A stretch of DNA of 64,000 bases from Clostridia bacterium (GCA_017517035.1 JAFXAN010000121.1:17736-81735), one strand, 5' to 3'. Shown: positions 1 to 9,914, counted from the stretch's first letter. Made by a program: numbers and translations. The notes: a model not told the origin generated them from the letters alone.

Positions 1-986
1 TTGACCATAATTCCGATCTCAACCTCGGTATCAAGCTTATATTTGCCCGAGAGAAGCTCATCTCGAACACACTCTCGTTCCCACAAATACCAATCGGGAA
101 TATGATCAAAGCGTGCATTTTCTCCGCCTTCAAGAGCCCCAAGCTCGGTCAGATAATGGGTACATCCGCATTTTTTGCATCTGATTTCCGTACCCATTCC
201 TATCATTTCACCCTCGGATTCACAAGATGAGCATTTATAAAGTATTCGCTCAAGTCCCTCTGCTCTGTCCTTTTCATCTATCACAACAGAATTTTCTCTT
301 TGCCAGCGGAAATTATCAAAATCATATGCATTATCAAGAATGTTCTGAATTTCATCGGCGGTTTTTGAGGTGATTTCATCGGCAGAAAGCAAGCATTCAA
401 CCTCTGCGCTGACATTTACCTTTCGTTTTTTAAGACAATTATAAAGCGGCTGACGGGCAAAGGCTCCGTATGTACGGATATTGACAACGGGCACGCCCAG
501 CTTCTTCACGAGCATACCAAGGCTTTTGGGAAGTGGTGTTGCAGTTCCGTCAAAGCTATAGCTCGCCTCGGGATACATAAGAACGCTTGTGTTTTTCTTT
601 TTGATCGTATAGATAATATCCCTTATAAGTGTCATATCGGTTACAAATTTCTGTGTTGGAATACAGCCTATAAATCGCATCAAAAGATCCATTCCCACAA
701 AGGCATCGGAGGTGCAGACTATACACATAGGGTGAGGATACATTATTCTGTGAGCGATCTCAAGATCAATAAAGCTGGAATGATTCATCAGAATAAGATA
801 TGGTCCTTTCCCTGCCTTCTCCATATTCTTTTTTGTAAAGGTAAAATTCGTTGCAATAAGGTCAAAAATAGAAATTACTCTTATAAGAGTTCTGAAAAAA
901 ATCGAGGGTTTTATCGGCTTTCTATGCTTTTCTCTCGGAAGAGATATCGCCTTCTCATATGAAAGCTTTTTAGTCTTTATCTTCAT
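1..986 (-). CDS. lysophospholipid (1-acylglycerol-3-phosphate) acyltransferase family protein; C-terminus cut by the window edge
   Basis: My own minus-strand translation from the ATG at 984-986 gives MKIKTKKLSYEK... It carries the HxxxxD acyltransferase box (NHSSFID), a PEASYSFDG block and a later CSSC...CKKCGC zinc-ribbon-like cluster. The ORF runs off position 1. Confidence 0.7.
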   Translation of the reverse strand, partial: MKIKTKKLSYEKAISLPREKHRKPIKPSIFFRTLIRVISIFDLIATNFTFTKKNMEKAGKGPYLILMNHSSFIDLEIAHRIMYPHPMCIVCTSDAFVGMDLLMRFIGCIPTQKFVTDMTLIRDIIYTIKKKNTSVLMYPEASYSFDGTATPLPKSLGMLVKKLGVPVVNIRTYGAFARQPLYNCLKKRKVNVSAEVECLLSADEITSKTADEIQNILDNAYDFDNFRWQRENSVVIDEKDRAEGLERILYKCSSCESEGEMIGMGTEIRCKKCGCTHYLTELGALEGGENARFDHIPDWYLWERECVRDELLSGKYKLDTEVEIGIMV

Positions 987-1013
987 TTTTCGACCTCTTT
1001 CGTTTTTTATGTA

Positions 1014-1042
1014 ATTATACTACATATAAAAGCTTATGTCAA
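1014..1042 (-). promoter_or_regulatory. sigma-A-type promoter candidate (TTGACA-17 nt-TATAAT) for the acyltransferase gene
   Basis: The minus strand reads TTGACA (complement of 1037-1042), a 17-nt spacer, then TATAAT (complement of 1014-1019). This lies about 30 nt upstream of the ATG. Confidence 0.5.
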
Positions 1043-1074
1043 GATACAAAATTAACCGTCTCATTGCATTGCAA

Positions 1075-2424
1075 TTATGCTTTTAATCTGTAAAAATAGC
1101 TGTTTCCTCTTTTTTCAAATGTCAAAATTTCTTCTGATGACAATTCCATTAAAATTTCCAACGCCTTTTCTCTTTTGATTCCAAGAAGATCGGCAATATC
1201 TCGGCTTGTAACCTCGATTTTCTCGGTTATATGATCAAGCACTGCCTTTTTTCTGCTTTCAATGAGAACATCGCTGCCCGAAAAATCCGTCTCACCGCCG
1301 AAAAAGCTCAAAATCACGGTAACCTTATCGGGAGAAAAGCTCTCGATGACTTTTGGAGGCTGCCATTTTTTCTTTCTCCAGACCTCATATATTCCCTTGA
1401 TGCCGCCCGAGCCGATCCCTGCAAATGACAAGAGCCTTGAAATAAACTCATTTCTACGGTCGGTTATTCCGCCTTCTATAATAGCGTCCTTTGAAAATCG
1501 AAGCGAGCCGGCATTGGAAAGTGAAATCTGATCATCTGAATATTCGATTTCAATGCTTGTCTTTGACCTGTAATCCGAATGTATCATTGCATTTGCGATA
1601 GCTTCCGAAATCGCATCAAAAACGATCTGTCTGTCTTTTGCGTTGAGACAAAGCTCGCATAGCCTCTGCATTATGATTTTTTCGGAAAGTAAATATAGCT
1701 CAAAAAGATTTTCGGATTCATGCCTTATGATACTGCCCTCGTGCTTCTCTATAAAGCACGGTGCAAAATAAGGAAAAAACTTCTTGATTTTTTCTTTTTT
1801 TCCAAACATAAGTAAAATCGCTGCGTTTATTTGATCAGCAAATTTACTCTCAATATCAGAATAATCTCTTAACGAAGCAACCTTTTTTCTAAATTTTTTA
1901 AGGGTTTCGGTTGAAATATCGGAAAGTGTCAGATCGGGATAAACAACCGAGTCTGCCGAGGCTCTTTCCGCATCCCGCTTCATACTCTCAATTTCCTCTT
2001 TTTTACACTTATAATCTCCCTCGCCGCCTCGTCTGTATGTTCCACCGTTAATATTCCCGTCGATATATAGGGGTTTATCAAATCTGCTTGCCTTTGGAAC
2101 ATTTATCGAGATAAACCTTTTTCCATTATATTTTTCGATTCTTATATCTCTTTCGGAAAGTATATTTGCGCTCACTCTTCTCTTATCGTTCAAAATTATT
2201 TTAAATTTTTCGATCATTCCTTCGGGGTCCGGCAGATCAAGCACATGAAAGGTCTTATCCCTATATTCCTCAACACCTAAAAGAATAACTCCGCCGAGAG
2301 TGTTGGCAAATGCCGAATATGTTTCCCATATGCTCTCCGGCAATCCTCCAAGGGCTTTTTTAGCTTCTATTCTGTTGTTTTCTCTATATTTCTCAACATT
2401 TTTAAAATCAATCAAAAAGCTCAC
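1075..2424 (-). CDS. AlbA_2/Schlafen-type putative DNA-binding protein with an ATPase-like middle region and a C-terminal winged-helix domain
   Basis: 449-aa ORF. The N-terminus (ENNRIEAKKALGGLPESIWETYSAFANTLGGVILLGVEE) matches the AlbA_2 'divergent AAA/RecG-like' family pattern. The C-terminus (ITSRDIADLLGIKREKALEILMEL) looks like a wHTH. Confidence 0.6.
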   Translation of the reverse strand: MSFLIDFKNVEKYRENNRIEAKKALGGLPESIWETYSAFANTLGGVILLGVEEYRDKTFHVLDLPDPEGMIEKFKIILNDKRRVSANILSERDIRIEKYNGKRFISINVPKASRFDKPLYIDGNINGGTYRRGGEGDYKCKKEEIESMKRDAERASADSVVYPDLTLSDISTETLKKFRKKVASLRDYSDIESKFADQINAAILLMFGKKEKIKKFFPYFAPCFIEKHEGSIIRHESENLFELYLLSEKIIMQRLCELCLNAKDRQIVFDAISEAIANAMIHSDYRSKTSIEIEYSDDQISLSNAGSLRFSKDAIIEGGITDRRNEFISRLLSFAGIGSGGIKGIYEVWRKKKWQPPKVIESFSPDKVTVILSFFGGETDFSGSDVLIESRKKAVLDHITEKIEVTSRDIADLLGIKREKALEILMELSSEEILTFEKRGNSYFYRLKA

Positions 2425-2486
2425 CTCTTCTCTGTTTTTAGTATAGCAGATTTTCGCAAAAAATTCAATAAAAAATTCTAAATTTA

Positions 2487-2515
2487 TTGACAGTTTTGAT
2501 CTGTCATGTTATAAT
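2487..2515 (+). promoter_or_regulatory. sigma-A consensus promoter candidate (TTGACA-17-TATAAT)
   Basis: TTGACA at 2487-2492, an exact 17-nt spacer, and TATAAT at 2510-2515. This lies about 35 nt upstream of the PHP phosphatase start. Confidence 0.55.
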
Positions 2516-2550
2516 TACTAAAGTCAAAAATAACACTTAAGGTGACTGAA

Positions 2551-3363
2551 ATGAATAACAAGCAAAATTTACATATGCACAGCACATACTGCGACGGAAA
2601 AAACACTCTCAGAGAAAGCGCAGAATGGGCGTTCTCTCACGGGTTTGATTCCATCGGCTTCTCAGGTCATTCCTTTATGTATTGGAACGGCAGAGGAATG
2701 AATCCCGATAAAATCGAAGACTATAAAAGCGAGATAAAACAACTAAAGGAAGAATTTAGCGGCAGACTTGGTATTTATACCGGAATTGAATTTGAAATGT
2801 TTTCCGAGGTCGATCTCACGGGGTATGATTACATAATCGGCTCAACTCATTATTTCAATATTAATGGAGATCTTATTGGCTTCGACAGTACACCTGAGTG
2901 GTCAGAAAAGCTTACAGACACCTATTTTGGCGGTGACGGAATGGCATTTGCGAAGGCTTATTACGAACTGATCCCGATGCTTGCAGAACGGGCAAAAATT
3001 AATATTCTCGGCCATTTTGATCTTTGCGCAAAGCACACCGAAAGCGTTTATCTTTTTGATCCCGACAGCAAAGAATACAAAAATGCAGCAATAGAAGCAC
3101 TTGAGGCTATTGCGGGCAAAATCCCTTTTTTCGAGGTCAATACGGGCGGTATGGCAAGGGGCTACAAATCAACTCCATACCCCGATGCATTTATTCTAAA
3201 GGAAATGAAGAGGCTTGGGTTTGGTGCTGTTATTTCATCCGATTGCCATGATATAACCAAAATGGATCACTGCTTTGATATGGCATCAGAGCTTCTCAGG
3301 TCCTGCGGATTTAAGGAGCGATATATTCTCACAGACAGTGGCTTCTCGGCTGTAAAACTTTGA
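2551..3363 (+). CDS. HisJ-family PHP-domain histidinol phosphatase-like protein
   Basis: Carries the NLHMHSTYCDGKN metal-binding N-terminal motif typical of PHP/HisJ phosphatases, plus later GHFD and SDCH motifs. I prefer the ATG at 2551 (AAGGTG Shine-Dalgarno) over the GTG at 2542. Confidence 0.7.
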   Translation: MNNKQNLHMHSTYCDGKNTLRESAEWAFSHGFDSIGFSGHSFMYWNGRGMNPDKIEDYKSEIKQLKEEFSGRLGIYTGIEFEMFSEVDLTGYDYIIGSTHYFNINGDLIGFDSTPEWSEKLTDTYFGGDGMAFAKAYYELIPMLAERAKINILGHFDLCAKHTESVYLFDPDSKEYKNAAIEALEAIAGKIPFFEVNTGGMARGYKSTPYPDAFILKEMKRLGFGAVISSDCHDITKMDHCFDMASELLRSCGFKERYILTDSGFSAVKL

Positions 3364-3371
3364 GGTGACTT

Positions 3372-4445
3372 ATGGTACTTAATTACATTATCGTGGCATT
3401 TTCCATGCTCGGAGCACTTGATCGGATTTTTGGAAACAAGCTCGGCATAGGCAAAGAATTTGAACGCGGGCTTTTGTTTTTCGGAAACATTGCACTTGCA
3501 ATGATCGGAATGCTTGTTATTGCCCCCTATCTTGTTGAGCTGATCAAGCCTGCACTTGGGAATTTCAAGGACATTTTTCATATTGATCCGTCAATCATTC
3601 CCGCATCTCTTTTTGCCAATGACATGGGCGGAGCTTCGCTTGCTACCGAGCTTGCGCTTGACGAAAAAATAGGTCTTTATAACGGTCTTGTGGTTTCATC
3701 AATGCTCGGATGCACGATCTCATTTACCATCCCCACATCACTGGGCTTGGTTAAGGACGAAAAGCAAAAGCCCCTTCTTATCGGCCTTCTCTGCGGAATA
3801 ATTACGATCCCCTTCGGGTGCTTTGTTGGAGGTCTTGTTTATAAAGTTCCTTTTGGAGAGCTGATGACGAACCTTTTGCCTATTATCATCTTTTCCGGCA
3901 TTCTTGCGATCGCACTTTTTCTTTTCCCAAACGGATGCGTTAAGGTTTTCAAGGTCTTTGGTATTTTTATAAAAATGCTTATAACAATAGGACTTGCTCT
4001 TGGTATTTTCACTTATCTTACGGATATCGAGCTTATAAAAGGACTTGATTCCTTTGAAAATGCGGCTGCGATATGCGTAAAAGCCGCTGTCGTTATGACC
4101 GGAACCTTCCCTCTGATTTTCGTTCTTTCAAAGCTTCTTGCCAATCCCCTAAGGTGGCTTGGAAGCAAAATGGGAATAAGCGGAAGTGCTGTCATGGCGA
4201 TGATCTCATCCCTTGCAACAAGCTATCCGACCTTCGAAATGATGAACAACATGGAAAACAAAGGAATTTTACTCAATGGTGCTTTTTCGGTCTCGGGCGC
4301 ATTTATACTTGCGGCGCATCTTGCTTTCACAATGTCCTTCGCTCCCGAGCTTTTACCTGCTGTTATGACAGGAAAGATCGTTGCAGGACTTCTTTCAATA
4401 TTCCTCGGTCTGTTCGTCTACAAAAAATTAAAAAAGGACTTATAA
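3372..4445 (+). CDS. eutH: ethanolamine permease EutH family
   Basis: 357-aa polytopic membrane protein. It is collinear with my recollection of E. coli EutH, sharing the blocks LGALDRIFG, NDMGG and ITIPFGCFVGGLV. Confidence 0.8.
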   Translation: MVLNYIIVAFSMLGALDRIFGNKLGIGKEFERGLLFFGNIALAMIGMLVIAPYLVELIKPALGNFKDIFHIDPSIIPASLFANDMGGASLATELALDEKIGLYNGLVVSSMLGCTISFTIPTSLGLVKDEKQKPLLIGLLCGIITIPFGCFVGGLVYKVPFGELMTNLLPIIIFSGILAIALFLFPNGCVKVFKVFGIFIKMLITIGLALGIFTYLTDIELIKGLDSFENAAAICVKAAVVMTGTFPLIFVLSKLLANPLRWLGSKMGISGSAVMAMISSLATSYPTFEMMNNMENKGILLNGAFSVSGAFILAAHLAFTMSFAPELLPAVMTGKIVAGLLSIFLGLFVYKKLKKDL

Positions 4446-5129
4446 GTCCTTTTTTAATTTTCTCAAATATTCTTTTTTATCGTCATCAATACGGTAGCTT
4501 TCAATAGCTTTCCTTATGGTTTTATTATGAACCCACAAGGAGAGCTTTTCTTCTTTTATGAAAGGTAATGTTTCATCATAATTCGTCGCAAGTGCTGTTG
4601 CAAAATACCATGCCTGCATCATTTTGACATAGTATTCATCACTCTTTACCGAGGCAACCCGCTCCGCATATTCAAATTTGAAGCTATCACCAAGAAAATG
4701 TCTCATAAGAAGTCCGATACCGTATCTGACGGTATATGTATGTCCCGATGAAATATATCGGTCTATAATCGGCAAAAGCTTTTCTTTATGCTTTGAAAGC
4801 ACCTTTGGATTCATTGAGTCACAGGTTGCCCAATTATCCACATAAGGCAAGAATTTATCCAGAGCTTTTACGGTTTCATCAAAATCTCCAATTCTTTCCA
4901 CAAGAAAGGCATGGAGATTATTTTCTTCATAATATTTATGAGGAAGCGAAAAAAGGAAATTTTCCGATTCCTCCTTTGTCAGCCCTTTTGCGTATTTACG
5001 AAGCACCGGAACTCTTATGCCTATTATATTTTCTTCGGGAACTGTTGGCATAAGTGCTGAATGAAAGCTCTTATAGTCTTCGTCCGCCATCGAAAGAAGC
5101 TCTTCTCTAATATCATGCAAGCTGCGCAT
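4440..5129 (-). CDS. DNA alkylation repair protein (AlkD-like HEAT-repeat)
   Basis: 229 aa. The MADEDYKSFHSALMPTV...IGIRVPVLRKYAK pattern is typical of the DNA_alkylation family. Confidence 0.7.
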   Translation of the reverse strand: MRSLHDIREELLSMADEDYKSFHSALMPTVPEENIIGIRVPVLRKYAKGLTKEESENFLFSLPHKYYEENNLHAFLVERIGDFDETVKALDKFLPYVDNWATCDSMNPKVLSKHKEKLLPIIDRYISSGHTYTVRYGIGLLMRHFLGDSFKFEYAERVASVKSDEYYVKMMQAWYFATALATNYDETLPFIKEEKLSLWVHNKTIRKAIESYRIDDDKKEYLRKLKKDL

Positions 5130-6480
5130 CTTTTTTTCTTAATTTTCTGAACTGCAAAGCAAAAGCAATTGTCAGTGCTGTGAATGTGAGTATCCATGTT
5201 ATGGGATAGACTATGTAAAGAGTCAAAAGACCGGGATAGAGCTTGAAAACAGTTTCTATCCACAAAACTCGAAGCACGCAAACTCCAAACACGGTGATAA
5301 TTGTTGCTGTCAAGGATTTTCCTATAGAGCGAAGCATTGCAGTTCCCGTGTCCATAAGTCCACAGGTGAAATAGAATATTCCCATGATGAACAATCTGTT
5401 TTTAGCTTCGGCAATAACCATGGGATCCGAATCAAATATGCCAATAAGGGTATCTGAAAAGAAAAAGCAAGCAAGTCCGATGGCAAGTCCGCACACAATA
5501 TTGCAAGCGCAGTTGAGTCCGAATACCTTCCACATTCGGTTGTATTTTTTCGCACCGTAATTCTGGGATGAAAAGTTCAGTGCAACATGATAAAATGCGG
5601 CAAGGACATTATAAATATATGAATCCACATTTGAAGCGGCAGTATTCGCATTAACATATACGGGACCGAGGCTGTTATAGCTTCCCTGAAGAAGCATATT
5701 CGAAAACGAGAACATCATTCCCTGCACTCCGGCAGGTATTCCGATTCTGACAAGACTTAAAATCATTGGAATATCCAAACGGAGCTTTCGCAGAACGAGC
5801 TTACATTGACCGTCAAGCTTTGTAAGATAAATAACAGCAAGAATTGCAGAAATATACTGCGAGATGATCGTTGCAATGGCAACGCCCTCAACACCCATTT
5901 TAAATACAAGCACAAAAATAAGATTGAGAACAACATTCACAACTCCTCCGACAGATGAAAACATCATAGGTCTGGTGGAATCACCGTTTGAACGCAATAT
6001 TCCCGAGCAGAAATTAAAGGTTGCACTTCCAATTGTTCCAAAGAAATAGATTTTAACATAGAGCGTTGATTGATTTATAAATTCCTCGGGAGTGTTCATA
6101 AGCTTCAGGAGTACAGGAGCCAAGAAGAGGCCCGTAATGCCAACGATCACACCAACAATAACAGCCATTACTATAGAAGTATGAACCGCTCTTTCAACAC
6201 GCCTTGAATCCTTTGAGCCGATGCTTTGGGAAACAGTTACGCTCACACCTGCGCTCATTCCAAGCATAAGCCCGAGAATAAGGTTGATTATTGAAGATGT
6301 GCATCCAACAGAGCCGAGAGCGTTTGGATCATCGCAAAAATTACCCACAACGAACATATCGGCAGAATGATAGAAAAGCTGAAGCAGATTTGTTAACACC
6401 AACGGTATCGCAAACTTTATCATTTTGCCGAGAAGCGGCCCTTCTGTCATATTGATCTTTTCTTTTTTTAACTTAAACAT
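5113..6480 (-). CDS. MATE family efflux transporter
   Basis: 12-TM-type sequence with a GPLLGKMIKFAIPLVLTNLLQ N-terminal MATE signature. I prefer the ATG at 6480, which follows GGGAGAAG, over the TTG at 6492. Confidence 0.85.
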   Translation of the reverse strand: MFKLKKEKINMTEGPLLGKMIKFAIPLVLTNLLQLFYHSADMFVVGNFCDDPNALGSVGCTSSIINLILGLMLGMSAGVSVTVSQSIGSKDSRRVERAVHTSIVMAVIVGVIVGITGLFLAPVLLKLMNTPEEFINQSTLYVKIYFFGTIGSATFNFCSGILRSNGDSTRPMMFSSVGGVVNVVLNLIFVLVFKMGVEGVAIATIISQYISAILAVIYLTKLDGQCKLVLRKLRLDIPMILSLVRIGIPAGVQGMMFSFSNMLLQGSYNSLGPVYVNANTAASNVDSYIYNVLAAFYHVALNFSSQNYGAKKYNRMWKVFGLNCACNIVCGLAIGLACFFFSDTLIGIFDSDPMVIAEAKNRLFIMGIFYFTCGLMDTGTAMLRSIGKSLTATIITVFGVCVLRVLWIETVFKLYPGLLTLYIVYPITWILTFTALTIAFALQFRKLRKKDAQLA

Positions 6481-6503
6481 TTCTTCTCCCAAAGATATTT
6501 CTT

Positions 6504-7586
6504 TTATTCTTCAATCGCAAGGCTGATCACATGATCGGAGCATCCATAATACAGCCTCCATTTTCCGTTCCATTTCACAAGAGAATTGCAAACCACGCAA
6601 GCTCTTGCAGAATGACCGTACATTTCAAAATCATATTCCGGTATAAGGAACGGATGATCAAGCTTGTCAACGACCTTTGTAAGATCGTTTGGGTCGATCA
6701 AAGCTTGAGAAAGTGTCCAAAACATTCCCCCGTCTCGCAGATGCTCGCATCCCGGCACAGCACCGTAAGCATTATAAAAATATACTATTCCGTCATCCGT
6801 CAGCAGCGCACAAGCACCCGCTTCATGAGAAATCGCATCATACCCCAAATCGTTTCCCTTTTCAAAAAGCTTTCTCGGCTCTCCCTTATCATCAAGCTCA
6901 ACATCCCATTTTATAAGATCGTCTGAGGAGAGCAAATATCCTTCATGAGTAGCATACATATAATACTTACCGTTTATCTTTGCGGCAACAAGCTTATCGC
7001 CAACTTCACGACAGATCACACATCCGCTTCGAGAATGATTATAATAGCTCTTCCATTTATCATTAAGAGCAGGTCCATGCTTTTTCCAATGAACAAGATC
7101 ATCGGACGAGGCACACATCAGAACATCCTCCCATTCTTTTGAGGAGCTTTTGCCAAAGCCTGATCCGTCGCGCTTGTAATGTCCGGTCCAGGTATCATAA
7201 TTCATATAGTACCTGCCGTCCTCACCCTCGACTATATGAGGATCGGAGCATCCGCCCCACCATTCAAACTCCTCAAATTTCTTTTCGGGATAAAGAACAG
7301 GCTCAGGATATCTTTCAAAACTAATTCCTTCTTCACTCACCGCATGGCCTATTCTGCAAACTACCTTTTTATTACCGAAAACATCATTTCCGCCAAGTGG
7401 CTTGCCGTCTGCACGGTAAAAGAAGTGTAGTTTTCCGTTTTTTATGATACAAGCGGGATTATAAACATTTGAAAATTCCCATCTGGTATCCTCCCCTTCA
7501 AATGGGCAATCAAAAGATGAGGCTCCATCCGGCTCAAATATCGGTCTGCCTACTTTCTTAAATGGACCAATTTCCCATTTTTTCAT
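6504..7586 (-). CDS. GH130-like beta-propeller glycosidase/phosphorylase (cytoplasmic)
   Basis: 360 aa with no signal peptide. Repeated blade-like blocks (VYNPACII.NGKLHFFYRA, DPHIVEGEDGRYYMNY, INGKYYMY, WRLYYG) recall GH130/GH43-type 5-bladed propellers. Confidence 0.5.
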   Translation of the reverse strand: MKKWEIGPFKKVGRPIFEPDGASSFDCPFEGEDTRWEFSNVYNPACIIKNGKLHFFYRADGKPLGGNDVFGNKKVVCRIGHAVSEEGISFERYPEPVLYPEKKFEEFEWWGGCSDPHIVEGEDGRYYMNYDTWTGHYKRDGSGFGKSSSKEWEDVLMCASSDDLVHWKKHGPALNDKWKSYYNHSRSGCVICREVGDKLVAAKINGKYYMYATHEGYLLSSDDLIKWDVELDDKGEPRKLFEKGNDLGYDAISHEAGACALLTDDGIVYFYNAYGAVPGCEHLRDGGMFWTLSQALIDPNDLTKVVDKLDHPFLIPEYDFEMYGHSARACVVCNSLVKWNGKWRLYYGCSDHVISLAIEE

Positions 7587-8755
7587 TTCATCGGCTCCGT
7601 TTCATATAGTGAGATATGTATTTCGTTGATCCGAGAGGCAAGTTCACGAATAAAGACATTATCCTCTCTGCTTCCGTTTTCAAGCTCTGTCATTATCACA
7701 AGCAGATACGGATGCTCATCAAATACAATTGCCATATCGTGATATGCATCGAGATCCCAGCCATATTTATTGGCGGCAACAGAAGGATTTACGGCAGAGG
7801 GAATCATGATTCTATGATTCGTGCCAAGCATCCAATTTTTAAAGGCTTCTGAATATTTTCCGCCACTCTCGAAATATTTATATATCTCGAGCATATATGC
7901 GCCCATTTCTCTCGCATTTGCGCTGAAAAGCTTTTTCTGCGGATTTATTACTCCGATGCTCTCGGAAAACTCATTGAAGCCTTTTCTGCCCCAAATATTG
8001 CGAATCTCGGAAAAAGCAACATTATCGCTATGTGTTATCGTCAGCTTTAGTAGGTCAAATGATGTATATGATGAACCAAAATCGCTGTTCTGAATTATTC
8101 CCGAACCGCTCTTGAATTTATCCTCGGTATATATGAATACCCTATCAATGTCAAATTTTGTGCCCTTGACATCGCCCTCCGACTCTGCTCTTTCAATCTC
8201 TTTCAATGCCCAAAGAACATAAGGCGCTTTGATCACGCTCGCCGTATAGAAAACATATTCGGAATTATATTCCATTATGTTTCCGCTTGCAATATCCATA
8301 TAATAGAATGCAACAGGCGGCTTATAGCTTTCGGGAGAGGAAAGCGTGTTTCCCGATTCATCGGTTTCAGCCTCCGTCTTATAAATTGGGGTAGATTCCT
8401 TTATCCATGCACCAAGCTCGGAAGCATATTCAACTAAAAGCTCACTGCGTTTCTCATCATATGAAAGCTCTGCTGTTTCGCTTTCAGGCGGAGATGTGGT
8501 TTCTATTATAGGAGGTTCTGTTTCTGTGTCAGAAGAAGTTTCCTCTTTAGTCTCATAAAAAGTCTCACTTTCTGTATCCGCAGTAACAGGAATATCGTCA
8601 CTGTTTTGCAAAAAAAGATAAATTCCGACAGAAAATGCCGCAATCACTATTACTATGAGTGCGGTGAAAAGTATTATATTGGATTTTTGAAAATTACTTA
8701 TTCTCATTTTATCAAAGTATTGCCGATGCGTGTCTGTGAACATGGCAGCAAACAT
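7583..8755 (-). CDS. membrane-anchored class A beta-lactamase-fold serine hydrolase
   Basis: One N-terminal TM helix, an acidic T/E/P-rich linker, then an SxxK box (TASVIKAP). The true start may be the internal Met at 8707 (MRISNFQK), which would remove the 44-nt overlap with the upstream gene. Confidence 0.6.
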   Translation of the reverse strand: MFAAMFTDTHRQYFDKMRISNFQKSNIILFTALIVIVIAAFSVGIYLFLQNSDDIPVTADTESETFYETKEETSSDTETEPPIIETTSPPESETAELSYDEKRSELLVEYASELGAWIKESTPIYKTEAETDESGNTLSSPESYKPPVAFYYMDIASGNIMEYNSEYVFYTASVIKAPYVLWALKEIERAESEGDVKGTKFDIDRVFIYTEDKFKSGSGIIQNSDFGSSYTSFDLLKLTITHSDNVAFSEIRNIWGRKGFNEFSESIGVINPQKKLFSANAREMGAYMLEIYKYFESGGKYSEAFKNWMLGTNHRIMIPSAVNPSVAANKYGWDLDAYHDMAIVFDEHPYLLVIMTELENGSREDNVFIRELASRINEIHISLYETEPMK

Positions 8756-9563
8756 TTACAGCCACGGGAAGACCCGCAATATGTGTTGGAAATTTTTCTA
8801 TTTTTACCGAAAGTGCAGTGGTGTCTCCGCCAAAGCCTTGAGGACCTATGTCGAGCTTATTAAGCTCAGAGAGTATCCTTTCTTCAAGTTTAGCATATTT
8901 TTCATCGGGATTGACATCATCAAGCTCTCTTGAGAGAGCTTTTTTTGCAAGCAAAGCTGATTTTTCAAAAGTTCCGCCGATTCCGATACCGAGCGTTACG
9001 GGTGGGCAAGGATTGGCACCTGCTTTTTTCACCGTTTCAACAACAAAGTCAATAATATTCTGTTCAGTTGCCGATGGATTGAACATTCTGATGGCGCTCA
9101 TGTTTTCACTGCCAAAGCCCTTTGGCAAAGCTGTTATCTTAACTCTGTCCCCGGGAACGATATCAATATTCACAATGGCAGGCGCATTATTCTCGGTATT
9201 TATTCTTTCATAGAGCGGGTCGCCGACAACCGAAAGACGAAGCTTACCATCAACATATGCTCTTTCAACGCCACGATTTATCGCTTCATTAAGTTCTCCG
9301 CCAACAAAATGCACATCTTGACCTATCTCAAGAAAAACAACAGCCATTCCCGTATCCTGGCAGATGGGGATATCAAGCTCCCTTGCTGCCTCGATATTCT
9401 CCTCCATAATAGAGAGCACATTTCTCGCCAGGTCATTTCTCTCCGAGCATCTTGAGCATCTGATCGCTTTGCAGGTACTTTCGGGCAATATCTGATTAGC
9501 CTTTACAAAAAGCTCTGAAATTTTATCTTCAATTATGCTTACATCAACTTCTCTTATATTCAT
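8712..9563 (-). CDS. Fe-S type hydro-lyase alpha subunit (class I fumarate hydratase / L-tartrate dehydratase alpha)
   Basis: MNIREVDV...CQDTGMAVVFLEIGQDVH...GPQGFGGDTTAL blocks are typical of FumA/TtdA alpha subunits. The start at 9563 follows a GGGGGA Shine-Dalgarno. Confidence 0.8.
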   Translation of the reverse strand: MNIREVDVSIIEDKISELFVKANQILPESTCKAIRCSRCSERNDLARNVLSIMEENIEAARELDIPICQDTGMAVVFLEIGQDVHFVGGELNEAINRGVERAYVDGKLRLSVVGDPLYERINTENNAPAIVNIDIVPGDRVKITALPKGFGSENMSAIRMFNPSATEQNIIDFVVETVKKAGANPCPPVTLGIGIGGTFEKSALLAKKALSRELDDVNPDEKYAKLEERILSELNKLDIGPQGFGGDTTALSVKIEKFPTHIAGLPVAVNVCCHVHRHASAIL

Positions 9564-9622
9564 TTTTCCCCCAAAGGTACAGACAGACCGCCCGACAAAA
9601 AGCGCGGGCGGTCTATGCATAT

Positions 9623-9913
9623 TTAATCAAGACCGTTATAATAAACGGCTTCGCTCGGCAAGCAAAGATTGAGCTTATCTTTCGCAATTCTTATAACATA
9701 TTCATCATCAAACTCGCACCCAAGCTCATATTCGATGCGTTCGATGCTTTCGGAATATTCGTTTTTCTTATATTCAAGCTCTTCTATCTTATCTCTGTAA
9801 TCATTATACTTCATAAGATTATGAGCCGAAAGGACAACAGAGACAGCTATAAATAAAACGATGGCAATTCTGACAAAAATATTCAGCTCAATATGCTTTG
9901 AAGAACCGTTCAT
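9623..9913 (-). CDS. divIC: septum formation initiator (FtsB/DivIC family)
   Basis: 96 aa with one TM helix followed by a coiled coil. It sits directly after yabP-yabQ, as in Bacillus. Confidence 0.7.
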   Translation of the reverse strand: MNGSSKHIELNIFVRIAIVLFIAVSVVLSAHNLMKYNDYRDKIEELEYKKNEYSESIERIEYELGCEFDDEYVIRIAKDKLNLCLPSEAVYYNGLD

Positions 9914-9914
9914 T

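Noticed and set aside
732-962. 76-aa plus-strand ORF
   Set aside because: It is antisense to the acyltransferase coding region, which has the HxxxxD motif and a consensus promoter.
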